DNA of 64,000 nt from Thalia democratica (GCA_965202585.1 OZ241829.1:6634001-6698000), one strand, 5' to 3'; counted from the stretch's first letter, positions 26,901-41,900 are shown. The notes: generated from the letters alone by a model not told the origin. Numbers and translations are program-made.

Positions 26901-29900
26901 TTTTTTTGAAACAAAGTTTTAGGCACACATACAAATTTAAATAAAAAATTAAAAAATATATATATAGTAGATAGACCAAATCAATGTGAATTAGAAAGTT
27001 TTAATGAAACAAAATTTTAGGCATACATACAAACTTCTAACCAGTAGTGATGTTGGTGAGCACGAGGTTGTCCTCTTCAAATGACGATAAGAAGCTAGTA
27101 TGAGTGGATGATCTTATTGTGTAAGATGTTGCTGGCTTCAAGTTGCTGAAGTTAACAACTTCTTCGCTATCTACCTCATCAGCAGGTAACTGTGTTTTTA
27201 TTGATTAATATAAGAATGGTTCCTGGTACAACATAAATATAAAGGTATGTAGAAGACAATTGCAACCGTTGGATTTTTAAAACTTTTTTGAAGTAAGCTC
27301 AGTTTTAATATCCTAAAGAAAGCAAATATTTTTATAGAAGTCTTAAACACCTTTATAGATAAATTATGTATTTGATTTTTACCTTAATAGTTTCAATAAT
27401 ATTCTCTTCATCGTTGTGTTTTGATATTGTGAACTGGTATTCCTCCACGTTTCCCCTCCTCGCTTTTCCGAACACGACCCTGATAGACGTCTCAGTCGTT
27501 CTATCGAGGTCCAAGTACGCTACTGGTCTCGGTCCTGTGTTTATTTTGTAATGAATTTATAAATATATTTTATGAGTTTATAACGCATGATTGTTGTAGA
27601 TAAACTAGACTTTGAGTAAAACTTTCTTTTAAATATTTTAAATTAATTTTAAACTTTTTTTACTCTCGTTTAATATATGCTTATGAAATTGTGTTTAAAT
27701 ATGGAACTAAAACTAAAGAAAAATTATAGCTAAGCAAAATAAATAGTCTTATACTCTCAATTACTCTGTACACTTTTTGTAAATTTGCAGAAACGTACCA
27801 AGCTACGTCCCTGCTCTCAATCACTCTGTACACTTACTTGTTGGAACGTGTTTGTCATCAACCACCAGGTACTTGACGTTGTTCATCCAAGCGTGCAATT
27901 TCACTTTGTACGTGGTTCCGCTCTCAAGTCCTTCTATCGTTACATCACTCTTTTTGATCCCTCTGAAGCTCATCGGGTTCCAAGTTGTTATGGGGCCAGT
28001 TTTCACAGGTACCAAAAGCTCTACTTCGTACCTCTGAGTAGGAAGTTAGTTTGAATTATTTCAATTTATAAAGTAACAAAAATATAAAAATGACCGATTT
28101 ACACACTTTAAATACATTTACAATAGTATTCTTTCTAGCTTACTTAAATTCATTAAGTTTTTAAGCTTTTCACGTAAAACAACTTATATTTTTTATTTGT
28201 AAATCCTACTTGCTGGTATCCTAAGTAATTGTAAATTTTATTATTATCATTATTTATTTATATTTTGCACATACTTCTGCATCCGGAATATTTTCCCACT
28301 CGAGGGCAAATGAGTCGTAAGTGTGATTGAGACTTCTTATCTGGGTATCGGGATTCAGCCTACCTGAATTTAAACATTAGTTTTAATTCTAATTTCAATG
28401 TAAACCCTGTATATCTCTTATGTTTGCTAGCATGTTAACAGATGTTATAGAGGTTTAAGGGTCGTAAACCAAGTGTTCAACACCCACCTGTTTTGATACC
28501 AACATTCGCCGAGTGAAGTTTTTCATTTCCGATGTAAGAGCTGATGACTATTTCGTAACTTTTAAGTGGTTTCATTCCGTTCAAAAATGTTGCTTCGTAG
28601 ATCTTTGAAAAACATAACGAGTTTAAGATTCAAATGTTATTTTTTGTTTGAAAATACAATTTATAAGCACATATACACGCAATAGTAACAAGAATTAAGT
28701 TTTGTTTAAATAAAATACTTTAAATTAAACTAAAAAATAGTTCAATAACACTTACAGATTTGTTGCTATCAAACTGCACGGTTCTTGGCGGAATGATGTC
28801 CTGTGGACGGTCCAATCTCGTGCATTTAACTATAAAGTAATCCATTGTGTACTTTGAAACGAATTTGACATTTGCTTTGTTAAACTTTGTGCCAGCTTCG
28901 ATTATTTCCACTATTGTTGCGTCTGAAACAGTAGTCATTTAAAATTTTACTTTCACTCTAAAGTCTAGCTAGACGAAGGAAATTTGAAATGAGAAAGTTT
29001 CAACTGTCTTCTTGATTTCGGAAGCCTAAAATCTAACTCTAGAATATTTTTGAAAATAATAAAAATTAAAAGAGTTCATTTATTTTTCAAAAAAAAACGC
29101 TCTTTTATACCTTATAGAAATAGTAAAAAAAAAATACTGGTTGGTATTGCAGCTATTGTTGTAGGTTTTTGAAATCTTTGATCGGCAGTAGTAGTCTTGA
29201 ATCTGGTAGTCATTTCAACTGTAGTTGGGAGCCTTGTCGTCATATCCATAGTAGTGTCACCTCTAGTGGACACTTCAACTGTAGTCAGTTCAGCAGTTGT
29301 TGAGAACGCAGTAGTTGGTGATTTAGTTGAAATTTCAACTGTGGTGTCGGCCCCGCTCGTTGCAGGAACCGAATTAAGCTCTTGCGGAGGTTCGGTTGTT
29401 CCCCGAGTTTGAGGCTGAACCGTCTCGACTATCAGCGTCGCGTTCTCAGTTGTGTACTCGACTGTGGTGTCATAAAAAGTTGTCATCTCTTCGGTTGTAG
29501 AGTCGACTGTTGTCATTTCAATTGTTGTGTCATCTATAGTAGTCATTTCAACTGTTGTATCACCTATAGTAGTCATTTTAACTGTAGTAGGATCTCTAGT
29601 AGTCATTTTAACCGTTGTTTCGTCAGTAGTTGTACCTTGAGTCGTTTCAACAATTGTAGTTGCTTCGCGAGTTGTGAAACTTTCTGTAGTCTGTTCAGAT
29701 GTTGTATCCTGAGTTGTTTGTTTCACAGTAGTAGATTCTGCACTTGTGAAATCTTCAGTTGTAACGTCTTGAGTGGTTGCAATTTCAGTAGTAGGCTTTT
29801 CTGTTGTTACATTTTCAGTCGTTGGTTTTCGTGTAGTTACCGACCTTGTACTAGATTCGTGTGTAGTTGTGACTTCTTGAGTAGTATGGTCCTTAGTCGT

Positions 29901-32900
29901 GGTTTGCTGAGTTGTCTCACTCTCTGTAGTTTGACCTTGGGTTGTTACAACCTGTGTAGTGGGAGCATCTGTTGTTTGCTCTTTGGTGGTAAAAACTTCA
30001 GTCGTCTCCTGAGTAGTATCAGTCTGAGTAGTAACTTCAAAAGTTGTTGCCGTCTCTGTCGTTGGAGAATATGTGGTTTGTTGCTCAGTTGTTTCGTCGA
30101 CTGTTGTCAACTCCTCGGTTGTATCGGCTCTTGTTGATGCTTTCTGAGTAGTAAGAGGCTCAGTAGTGACTTTTCGCGTTGTTTGAGCTTCTGTGGTGAG
30201 CTCTGTTGTCTCGGGCTGAGTCGTAGCCTCTGTTGTCGTTACTTTTTCTGTTGTTTGTTCCTGAGTTGTTTCGACTTCTGTTGTTGCTTCTGAGGTTGTT
30301 TCTTGCTGGGTGGTTTGAGCTTCAGTAGTTGATTGCTTAGTAGTAACTGCTTCTGTGGTTACCATTTCAGTAGTCTCCTGAGTAGTTGGAGGAGCTGTTG
30401 TAGTCTCAGCTGCTGTTGTTTCAGATATAGTTGTTGCTTCTGTAACGAGTTCAGTTGTCGTGTCAGCCTCTGTAGATAGTGCTTGAGTGGTTACAGTTTC
30501 TGTTGTAATTACAATTGTCGGTGGGCCATGAGTAGTATGATCTTTCGTTGTAGTTTCACGTTCAGTTGTTATTTCTGTAGTTGTAACAGCCTCGGTTGTT
30601 GGTTCCTGAGTAGTAACAGCCTCGGTTGTTGGTTCCTGAGTAGTAACAGCCTCGGTTGTTGGTTCCTGAGCTGTAACAGCCTCGGTTGTTGGTTCCTGAG
30701 TAGTCACAGCCTCGGTTGTTGGTTCCTGAGTTGTAACAGCCTCGGTTGTTGGTTCCTGAGTTGTGACAGTCTTAGTAGTTTTTTCTTGAGTAGTTACAGC
30801 CTCGGTTGTTGGTTCCTGAATAGTCACAGCCTCAGTAGTTGGTTCTTGAGTAGTCACAGCCTCGGTTGTTGGTTCTTGAGTTGTAACAGCCTCGGTTGTT
30901 GGTTCCTGAGTTGTAACAGCCTCGGTTGTTGGTTCTTGAGTAGTCACAGCCTCGGTTGTTGGTTCTTGAGTAGTTACAGCTTCAGTAGTTGGTTCCTTAG
31001 TAGTAACAGCCTCAGTAGTCAGTTTCTGAGTAGTAACAGCCTCAGTTGTTGGTTCTTGTGTAGTCACAGCCTCAGTAGTTGGTTCTTGAGTAGTAACAGA
31101 ATCAGTTGTTGGCTCTTGAGTAGTAACAGACTCAGTTGTTGGTTCTTGAGTTGTTACAGACTCAGTAGTTGGCTCTTGAGTAGTAACAGACTCAATTGTT
31201 GGTTCTTGAGTTGTTACAGACTCAGTTGTTGGTTCTTGAGTAGTAACAGACTCAGTTGTTGGTTCTTGGGTTGTTACAGACTCAGTAGTTGGTTCTTGGG
31301 TAGTCACAGACTCAGTAGTTGGTTCTTGAGTAGTAACAGCCTCAGTTGTTGGTTCTTGAGTAGTTATAGACTCAGTTGTTGCTTCCTGAGTAGTAACAGC
31401 CTCAGTTGTTAGTTCTTGAGTAGTCACAGATTCAGTAGTTGATTCTTTAGTAGTAACAGCCTCAGTAGTTGGTTCTTGAGTAGTTACAGACTCAGTAGTT
31501 GGTTCCTGAGTTGTTACAGACTCAGTTGTTGCTTCTTGAGTGGTTACAGATTTTGTTGTAACTCCAATTGTCGGTGGGCCAGGACTAGTATATTCCTTTG
31601 TTGTGGTTTCACGTTTAGTAGTTATTTTTATAGTTGTAAAATCTTCTGTTGTTGGTTCTTGAGTTGTTACAGATTCGGTTGTTGATTCTTGAGTAGTCAC
31701 AGCCTCTGTTGTTGGTTTCTGAGTAGTTACAGCCTCGGTAGTTGGTTCTTGTGTAGTCACAGACTCAGTAGTTGGTTTCTGAGTTGTTACAGATTCAGTT
31801 GTTGATTCTTGATTAGTCACAGCCTCGGTTGTTGCTTCCTGAATAGTTACTGCCTCGGTAGTTGGTTCTTGTGTAGTCACAGACTCAGTAGTTGGTTTTT
31901 GAGTTGTTACAGATTCGGTTGTTGATTCTTGAGTAGTCACAGCCTCGGTTGTTGGTTCTTGAGTAGTAACAGACTCAGTAGTTGGTTCTTGTGTAGTCAC
32001 AGACTCAGTAGTTGGTTTTTGAGTTGTTACAGATTCGGTTGTTGATTCTTGAGTAGTCACAGCCTCGGTTGTTGCTTCCTGAGTAGTTATAGACTCAGTA
32101 GTTGTTTCTTGAGTAGTAACAGCCTTGGTTGTTGCTTCCTGAGTAGTTACTGCCTCGGTAGTTGGTTCTTGTGTAGTCACAGCCTCAGTAGTTGGTTCTT
32201 GAGTAGTCACAGCCTCGGTTGTCGGTTCTTGAGTTGTAACAGCTTCAGTAGTTGGTTCTTGAGTAGTTATAGACTCAGTAGTTGGTTCTTGTGTAGTCAC
32301 AGCCTCGGTTGTTGCTTCCTGAGTAGTTACTGCCTCGGTAGTTGGTTCTTGAGTAGTTACAGCCTCAGTAGTTGGTTCTTGAGTAGTCACAGCCTCGGTT
32401 GTCGGTTCTTGAGTAGTTACAGCTTCAGTAGTTGGTTTTTGAGTAGTTATAGACTTAGTTGTTGCTTTCTGAGTAGTCAAAGTCTCGGTAGTTGGTTTTT
32501 GAGTAGTTACAGCCTCGGTAGTTGGTTCTTGCGTAGTTACAGACTCAGTAGTAGGTTTTTGAGTAGTTACAGCCTCAGTTGTTGGTTTCTGAGTAGTAAC
32601 AGCCTCAGTTGTTGGTTTTTTAGTAGTAACAGACTCAGTAGTTGATTTTTGTGTAGTAACAGCCTCGGTTGTTGGTTCTTGACTAGTAACAACTTTAGTA
32701 GTTGTCTGTTGAGTTGTTGTAGCTTCTTCAGTTGTTTGCTCTGAAGTTGTTAACTTCATTGTTGTTTCAGCAACTGTAGTAGCTTCTTGAGTTGTCACTT
32801 GAACTGTACTAGCTTCTGGAGTTGTCACTTGAACTGTAGTAGGTTCTTGAGTAGTATCTTGGACTGTAGTAGCTTCTTGAGTTGTCACTTGAACTGTAGT

Positions 32901-35900
32901 AGCTTCTTGAGTTGTCTGTTGGACTGTAGTAGCTTCTTGAGTAGTCTCAGCGACAATGGTACTTTCTGGAGTTGTTTCAGCTGCTGAGGTTAACTTTACA
33001 GTCGTAGTGATGCTAACCGTCGTGGGTTCCATAGTGGTCACCAAAGACCCCTCTGTAGTCTTGTACTCGACAGTCGACAACTCAGTTGTAGTTTCGGACG
33101 TTGTTTGAGATGTTGTCATGACAACGGTTGTTTCCGGTTGAGTGACCACTGTGGTGTCGGCTTGCACGGTTGTCGTTTTAGCTTGGGTAGTGTACAGTTG
33201 GGTAGTGGTTTGCTGAGTAGTTGCTTCCGTGGTCGTTTTTACGGTAGTTTCAGCTTCAGTTGTTGCTTCGGTTGTTGTTTCAGCTTCAGTTGTTGCTTCA
33301 GTTGTTGTTGCTTCAGTAGTTGTTTCAGCTTTAGTTGTTGCTTCAGTAGTTACTGCTTCAGTTGTGGTTGTTGGTGGTTCAGCAGTTGTTATGGTAACAC
33401 CAGGCTCTGTTTTACAGTATTTGAATTAAGTATCATTTTTCTTTTAGGATTTTGGCATTTTTGAATATTTGTAAAGTCCTCGATAAATAAAAGAAAAAAA
33501 TGTGAAAGTTCAATTTTAAATATTATGTTTTATTTTAATTTTTTTTTTCTCATGAAAAACTTACTAAACTGAATACAACTCACCGTTGCACTTGAGGTTC
33601 TTGTTCTTGAAGTTTTCGGTGAAGAACTCCAACTCCTTGTAGTTTCTCAGCCCCACGAACCTGTCGGGAGTGGACACGATGTCAACGAAATCCTCATCCC
33701 TGATTGTGATACCCACACCGAAACCCGTGATAGTTGCTCCCATGGCTTTCAGGTTTCTGTTTAAACAAACAGTTTGGTATTTTAATAGCTTTAGTATACC
33801 TAATTAATTTTGTTTGTTTAATTTTTCAAACATGTTTTGGTTTGTTACAATCAAAAATTAACTTTTTAATAAAGGTTTATAAAGACCTTGCGACAGATAC
33901 TGCATCATCTACCGCAAAAATAAAGAAGAAAAAAGTATAAGATTATTTTTATGTAAAGTATATTTTACATACCTATTAACTTCAAATACTGTTAATTTAA
34001 TACAAATATTCTCACCTTGCAACAGATACTGCATCGTCGGAACTCGGAGAGGTTGCAATGAAAATGATCAGATGCTTTTTATCTTTCCTGATTCCGAGAT
34101 TGCTTATTTTCGCCATCTCACCCAGCTGTTGCAGAGCTGTTACAGATTTATTTAAGTCTGTATTACAGTGCTTCAATAAGTTAGTTTGTTTTGTTATCTG
34201 TTATCTAATGTTATAACTTTAGTTATCTAAACTTAGTTACTTAAATTTTCACAACTCAACTCAGTTTTTTTTTAACATGCAGTGTTTATCGCAATTGAAA
34301 AATCAATCTAAACACTAAAAAAATGTTTTAAATTTAACTTAGAATAAAAAACCTTGTCCGAGCCTGTTACCACCATTCCTGTACGGTCCGTCCCTGAAAA
34401 CCTTGGCGATCTGGTCCATGACTGCTTCCCTGTCGTAGTGGGAGTTGAAGGGGAAGATGTTGAAGGAGTCCATGTTGTACACAGAGAAGGAGATCTGATC
34501 CTTGCTGGATCCCTCCACCTGTGTCATTTCCACTATCGATCTGTGTTTGTTTGTTTACAATAATTTTATTTATTTAGATATTTATTTATTAAACATTCAA
34601 TTGAGCATCAGCAACTAGAACACAAGTGCAAGCTTGTTTTTGCAATGAAACAGTTTATAAGTATTGTTTATTGAAAGAAAAAAAAATACGCTTAAAAAGT
34701 TTGGTCCAAGGATCTGGTGTACGAAAAGCCCTTTGGTTATCGAGTCGTGCACCAGAACAGTTTAATGTAAATCCAGGACATGAAACTAAAGGTTTTTGAA
34801 GACTGGCTATGCTTTTAGACAATTGAAACTACAAAGTTGTGAACCATTAAGTTTATATCTTGTTTGCAGCTTCAACAACAAACCTTATGAGCTCGGTGAC
34901 GATCTCTCCCTGTTTTCTGCTCATCCTTTTGTTGAAGTGGTAAACGAAAGAGATGTCCAAAAATTCCCGCGTTTTATTTGAATTCTCACACTCGAGTGCG
35001 CTGTTCAGTTGTAACATAATTAATTTGATTTTTACATGTGCTTTGTCGTTAATAGTGTTATAATAAAAGTATTCAAATGAGACATAAATTACTAAACTGT
35101 TAAAGTTTGTTAAGTTTATTGATTTTAATAAATTTATTAAAATAACAAGCTATTTGTTCTATAACATATTGATATAGAATTTATATCAACTTTATAAAAA
35201 ATAAGATTTGTTAGCTTAAAAAGCTTTTAAATAAGTGTTTTAAATATTTTCTTTTCAACAATAAATAGTATAACTATATTGTTGAAAGTTATATGTACAT
35301 ATATATGTATATAGTACACATCTATTCACTATTTCAGTAATAAACAAACCTTAATCTTTATTGTTTGAAGTTCCATAGCACCAAATAAAAAGTAAAAAAT
35401 ATAAAACTATGTAGTATAGACATTAAAGAACAGTATTTACCAAAAATATGTACAACTCATTTTTATTAACAGTGATTATAGTTGATTTTTATGAAAAAAC
35501 TCAAACTTACGGCGTCAACACTTCAAGAAGATCTGTAAGGAGAGAAAACAGGTTTATTAATTAAGCATTTTACTCTAAATTAAACAGTAAATTCCCAATA
35601 GTTTACAAATATTTCAGTAATTTCTCTTAAAAATTAATGTTTTCATCAAACGTAGATATAAATATTTTATTACTAGTTTCTTGAAAGCTAAACTCAAAAA
35701 TGTGTTTTATTTAGCTTTTATTTAACATTTTTATTTACAAACATGAAAAGTATATTTTGTAACAATATAACCATTATAATTAAATATTGTATATATATTT
35801 TTAGTTCGGTTACCACATTCAAACACAAACCTTGCGTCTTGACTTCCTTCAACGCGACGAAGTTGGACGCCTTGCCGCTGTACGTTTGTATGACAATCTC

Positions 35901-38900
35901 ATACCTAGAAACCATCATTGTTACATATTGTTACAAACTATCTAAATAAAAAGTTTCATGTACGTTTGTATGACAATCTCATACCTAGAAACCATCATTG
36001 TTACATATTGTTACAAACTATCTTAATAAAAAGTTTCATGTACGTTTGTATGACAATCTCATACCTAGAAACCATCATTGTTACATATTGTTACAAACTA
36101 TCTAAATAAAAAGTATCATGTACGTTTGTATGACAATCTCATACCTAGAAAATATTATTGTTACATATTGTTACAAACTGTCTAAATAAAAAGTATCATG
36201 CGCGTTTGTATGACAATTTCATACCTAGAAAATATTATTGTTACATATTATTACAAACTGTCTAAATAAAAAGTTTCATATACGTTTGTATGACTATCTC
36301 ATACCTAGAAAATATTATTGTTACATATTGTTACAAACTGTCTAAATAAAAAGTATCATGTACGTTTGTATGACTATCTCATACCTAGAAAATATTATTG
36401 TTACATATTGTTACAAACTGTCTAAATAAAAAGTATTATGTACGTTTGTATGACTATCTCATACCCAGAAAATGTTATTGTTACAAGCAACCTATTGTAA
36501 TAAAAAGTATCACGCATGATTGTAGTTATGTATGGCAGTTTTGTACGTATGTTATAGAGTTTTTTGAAACATACAATCTATCTGTTTATAAAGTATCATT
36601 TATAATTGTATGACTGGTTCGTACCTGGTATCAGGTCTGAGGTTGGTGAAGTAAACCTGGCCTATCGTGGTTCGTTTGCTCTGAATCGGGCTTCCTACCA
36701 GGTTACCATCCTCGAATAGTTCCAACTGTGAAAAAATAGTTTGAATAATTTCAAGAGGAACATACTATTATTTCAGCGATAATAGTTTTAATTGTTTTAC
36801 TAACTACTTTTGTTTAAAACAGCTTTAATTAATGCATGGGTTTTATTGCAGTAGAAAATAATCTATCATATAGTGTTAAACTTTGTGTTGTATTTTTTGA
36901 AAAATAGTAACTGTTAAAAACTATTGTCGTTTTAGCAATTAATTTAGTTTACCTTTTAAGAATACGTTTGTATTACATCGTTTAAAACACTTATTAAATA
37001 AATAACTTTTTTATGGCTTAACTTACGTTATATACATATAATGAGATCAGTTAGAATTAACTTTACAGTATTCAAAATTCATACTAAGAATAAAATAAAA
37101 TAAAAACAAACTAACAATATAATAATATAATGTAAACTAACAATATAATAAAATACAAATAAAACTAACAATATAATAGTTCCAGTCACCCTTTGCTAGT
37201 TCGAAATTAATTTTTGCAGTTTGGAAGGTTGTTTCAACATTTTCAATAGTTACTGTAGCTGGCACTATAGAAATACAAAATGTTTTAATTCGTGCTTTAT
37301 TTTAAAACATTATTCCTTAAAATGGTGTTTGTTAGCTTTTATTACCCTTTTTTGTTGCCACAATTAAGCGTTTTAAGTTTTTTATAAAAACTATTCAAAT
37401 TTGAAACTTGGCTTTTAATAAATGAGCATCAAGGTTTGTACTTCAAATTTAGTTTAACAAAAAATAATTAAAACGGTTATAACAAATGTTTAAATAGCAC
37501 CTGATTTTAAGGAACTTATACAGTTGAATGATTAAATAAGTTTGAAAAATTTAATAGAAGTACGTTCATAATTCAAACGTTTAGACAAATTACATAAAAA
37601 TTTCTTTTCAAACAGTTTTACATAAAACCTTGCAAAAACTAAAGTGTTTATTAACAACAGATACATGTTAAATTAAAAAATCCTCATATTTCTTAAAATA
37701 TTCAAATTAAGTTAATTAAGAATTACTTTTAAAAGGAAATTAAGTCGATTATTTTACTCTATGTTTTCTTTTGCGGTTTAAGTTTTATGTAAAACTAATT
37801 ACGTTTGAAACACCTTTACACCACATTTTATAATTATACTTATACTTTAATTAAAAAAAAAATTAAAAAAAATGTTTTTGGTTTTCTACAAGCAAAACTT
37901 TTTTTGAAAAGAACTAAGTTTCAAACAAAGTTGTCTATAAAATAAACTAATTAAACTTAAAATCAAAAAGTTCACTTAAAAGTGTAGGTCATGAATATTA
38001 ACTTGGTTTCTTAACACACACTATATACTTTATGTATTTGAAATAATGAATTATAAATATCAAGTCTACGACGACCAAATGTATGCAAAATGCTGAAGGT
38101 AAAATACTTTCACATGTATTTCATACTGACAAGTTTTATAATTGTTATGAACAGCTAATTTACTTAAAATATTGCAATTCACTATCATTAAACAAAAACA
38201 AATGTTAAATACAAAATCTTTGAGTTTGACTATTTATAAAAAGATTATTCTTTACACTGTATATTTGTTTAAATTATTTTCAAACTAACAAGTTCTGAAA
38301 GAGTTGGGTCCGGCCACTAGTACGTACTTATCAGCGTACAGCGATGCGTTGTACAATCTGCCAGGGGTGTAACCCTCGAATTTCATGGGGGTGTTGTCCA
38401 CTATGCGGCGCTGTTCAACTTCTTGCGTTTTCAAATCCAAAATCTAGTAAAAATAGAGTTTGTGTTTATTAACATTTTAGATTACTAAAAATTTTGTACA
38501 AGTAATACGTTAAGTTGTTTGTAAGATTTACCAAACATTCTTTCAATGTTGTCACATTAAATATATAAATTACCGTTAACTGAGGTAATCTACTCTTTCC
38601 TTCAAAATTCGATTTAATACTTTTCTCTGAAAATGACCACTGAAGGTCAAATATGTTGCTAAAATTGATGTTGCAATATTTATGAAGAGGAAGTAAGAAC
38701 ATTGTTTTTTACAAAACTAAAGTTTGCAAAATTGATGTTTACGAAACAAAAAGATTATCTAAAGGTCAAGCACTACTTAAAAAGCTATTTTTTTTGTTTA
38801 AAAGCTATACTTATATTAAAATTTATAAAGAATTAGTCTATATATAACTAACAAAAATATTTTTCAAAACATTTTATAACGAGAAAACCTGTAAAAAAAA

Positions 38901-41900
38901 AAGCTTTTAAATATTCATTTAATATTACAATTATCTAAACAGTACTAATTTTTTTTTCATAAATTAATGAGTGATTGAAATAACTAATTTAAAAGTAAAT
39001 AAGTTGACTAACGTTGTTAACGTAAAACTTTTGTACAAATTATATACTTTACTTCAATTAAAAATAGTTCCAAGAAATAACTAATGCTAACCTCAAGCAA
39101 AATATTGTCTTCGTTTTCGAAGTCTTTCGGAGGAAACACAACAAAAGAAGTCGTTGTTATGTTCTTTATCTTTATTTGGATGGTGGCTGTAAATAAAAAT
39201 ACCTTGTTATCTCATATTTATAAATAAACGTAACATTACCGTTTGATTAACGAAATTGTCATTCTTTCTCAGGTATTTTTAAATCGTTTAAACCTAATTA
39301 AGTTTGCACAAAACAGATAAAATTGAGAAAAGTTTAAGTTTTATTTTTAATGACAAAGTAATATACGTATTTGGACTTTTTTTTTGACTAACAATTTTCG
39401 ATTACCTGCATTTCAAAACTAAAGTAAACATAATTGTTCGCAGTGTTGAAGCATAATTTTTATGCTTTTTAGTCTTTAATTATTAAGTCTTAGCGTAAGT
39501 TTGTTTATATATAATGCACAAATGGCTACAAACGGTAAATATTTCAACGTTTATCGACATAATATTCACTCAAAACAATAAAATAAAAAATGTTTACGTA
39601 TAAATGATGTTTTAGTTGAAAGTTTTTTTTTAAACAAATCCTGTTATTACAATACTCCATTGAAAATATAAGGGCTTATTTTAAAAGGCAATGTTTGCTA
39701 TTAAATCAAACTACTGTTTTTATCTTTTCTAACAATGTTGAGACTCAGTAAACAAATTAAGTTACAATTTAGATGCATATTTATATTGGTGAAAAACAAA
39801 AGTTTTAAGTTTTATCACTTAATTAAAGTTTCGAGTGTGAGTTTGACAGCAGAATTATGTTAATAAAGAAACAAATTTGTGTCAAAAATTTTAACCACAA
39901 TAAAATATAAATATATAGTTAAAAATAAAACAATTGAAAAAGTAAAAAACTTAAATTTAAGAATACTATCTTAAAACTATATAAAGAATCCACTTGAGTA
40001 TTCTACAAACAAAACAGTTTGTTTATAAGTTTTAAAGAACGATCAACAAAACGTTTACTACGATAGACTAAATACAGGATAACTGTAAAACTAATAAGTT
40101 TTTACGAGAAATTTTTTTAATTAACTTTCTTGAGTAAACATCACTGTTGCTAAACTACCACCAAAATAGCAATATGATATAGTTGTAATGTTGTTATTAT
40201 GACGTCATAGTAACAACAAAACTAACATGTAACGCTGATGCCGTATAAGTAAGTGCTTGCGTACAATTCACCGCTGTTTGTTTTTATTATGACGTCATAA
40301 CTACTATACGGTTCCACGCCGGTGAATGTGACGTCACTATCGGTTGTTGTTTGAGAATCGACAAGACGCTTCAGAGGCGACGTTGTGTATAGCTCCACCT
40401 GTGAGAATCAATTGTTTATTATCAGATTATTTTAAATTTGATATACTGGTCATTTAAAATGAAGAACACTTTTTTGTATAAATTTGGAAAATGTTTACAA
40501 GCACTTTTATTATAGGAAAAACTTTATTATAACGCTTAAATCTAGTTTATTTTGAACATACACTTTAATTTTTCCTAAACAATTTTTTTTATAAATCTTA
40601 TTTAAAGTATAAATTAAAGGTTCTGTATTATTAAAAAACAAAGATTTAGTTTAATAGTAGCATTTCTTTAAGATTACATAGGTTAAATCTAGTATACAAA
40701 ATTATTATTAAAAACAAACAAGGTCTTTCACTAAACACATATATTTTTCAACAATTTTCATCAGTACGTTACAGTTGTTACAAAATAAAGAAAATATTAG
40801 AATATTAAAAATTATAACTAAAAACAAGAAGTACAGCAACTTCAAATGCAATAAAAACATCCTCAATATTAGAACATTTAATTAAAACTCCTAATTGTGG
40901 AAAAAGTTACAATGAAATGAATTTTAGATTATTAAGAAGTTTTAATAATATTTATGACCTCATCAAAATTGATGGCATATACATTCATTTAAATAAACCA
41001 AAATTATGCAAACAGAGAGAATTTGATTGATCGTTGTCCTTGTTTCAGTTAATTAGAGATCTTATGTTATGCTTAAATGTTTATTTAGAATTTTGATTAC
41101 TTTTTTGTTTTGCTTGATTAACTAATTTCTGATGCAATTATAAGGCTATATAAGTTAAATATTTTCTTTATTTTGTAACAATAGTAACACACTGAGGAAA
41201 ACTGTTGAACTATATATGTGTTTAGTAAAAGACCTTGTTTGTTTTTATAAAGTACAGTAGCAGACTAATGTTTAAAATTACTATTAGTCATGTTGTTTAA
41301 ACAATAACTTGCATTAAGTAAAAAAAAAATCAAGTATTTCTTAACTTTGAAAAATTTAATTGATTTAGTTTAAAGCGCGTCGATAGCGTTTCAAATATTA
41401 TTTTTATTTGTTTTCAAATCACAACGCTTAATTGTCTGTTAATTTAAAAGTTTAAACAAACCTTTATATAATAACAAACCATAAACATTTGCGCTCTAAA
41501 GGTTTTTCGTTACATATTGTAAACTGGACGGTAATTTAAGTTACAAGGTTTAAATAAAATTCTATTTTAAAAATTCGTACCACGAAACTTGAAATCAGTT
41601 ACATGAAATCAATTAAAGCAATTAATACTTAAATATATTAAAAAATACTTTTTTGTAAACTTTTCTTGAATATACGCTGTAAGCGTTTGGTCAACGCATA
41701 GAATTTATATAAAATATTATATTTAATGCTTTATTTATAGTATAAATTTAAAATCAAACCGTGTAATCATCCCAGTCTCCGATGGCGAAATCGAAGTTTA
41801 ATTTAATTGTTTGATCGTTGTATTCGTAATTCACCGTTTTGACAGGTGCAGGTTCTGTATAAAAATATAAATAATTATTTAATTGCAAACTTATATTTAA

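Noticed and set aside
29256-29264. RGD tripeptide (STRGDTT) in the mucin exon
   Set aside because: A single occurrence in a probably O-glycosylated Thr-rich tract, so chance is likely. The other apparent RGD near 61750 spans a donor and is not in the spliced product.
29197-33464. Long plus-strand ORFs (Cys/Ser/Trp-rich) over the mucin region
   Set aside because: They are antisense shadows of the stop-free 30-bp coding repeat, with no independent coding signal.
35881-36624. Regularly spaced repeats resembling a CRISPR array
   Set aside because: Units are contiguous near-identical 80-mers with no unique spacers, there are no cas genes, and the context is a eukaryotic intron.
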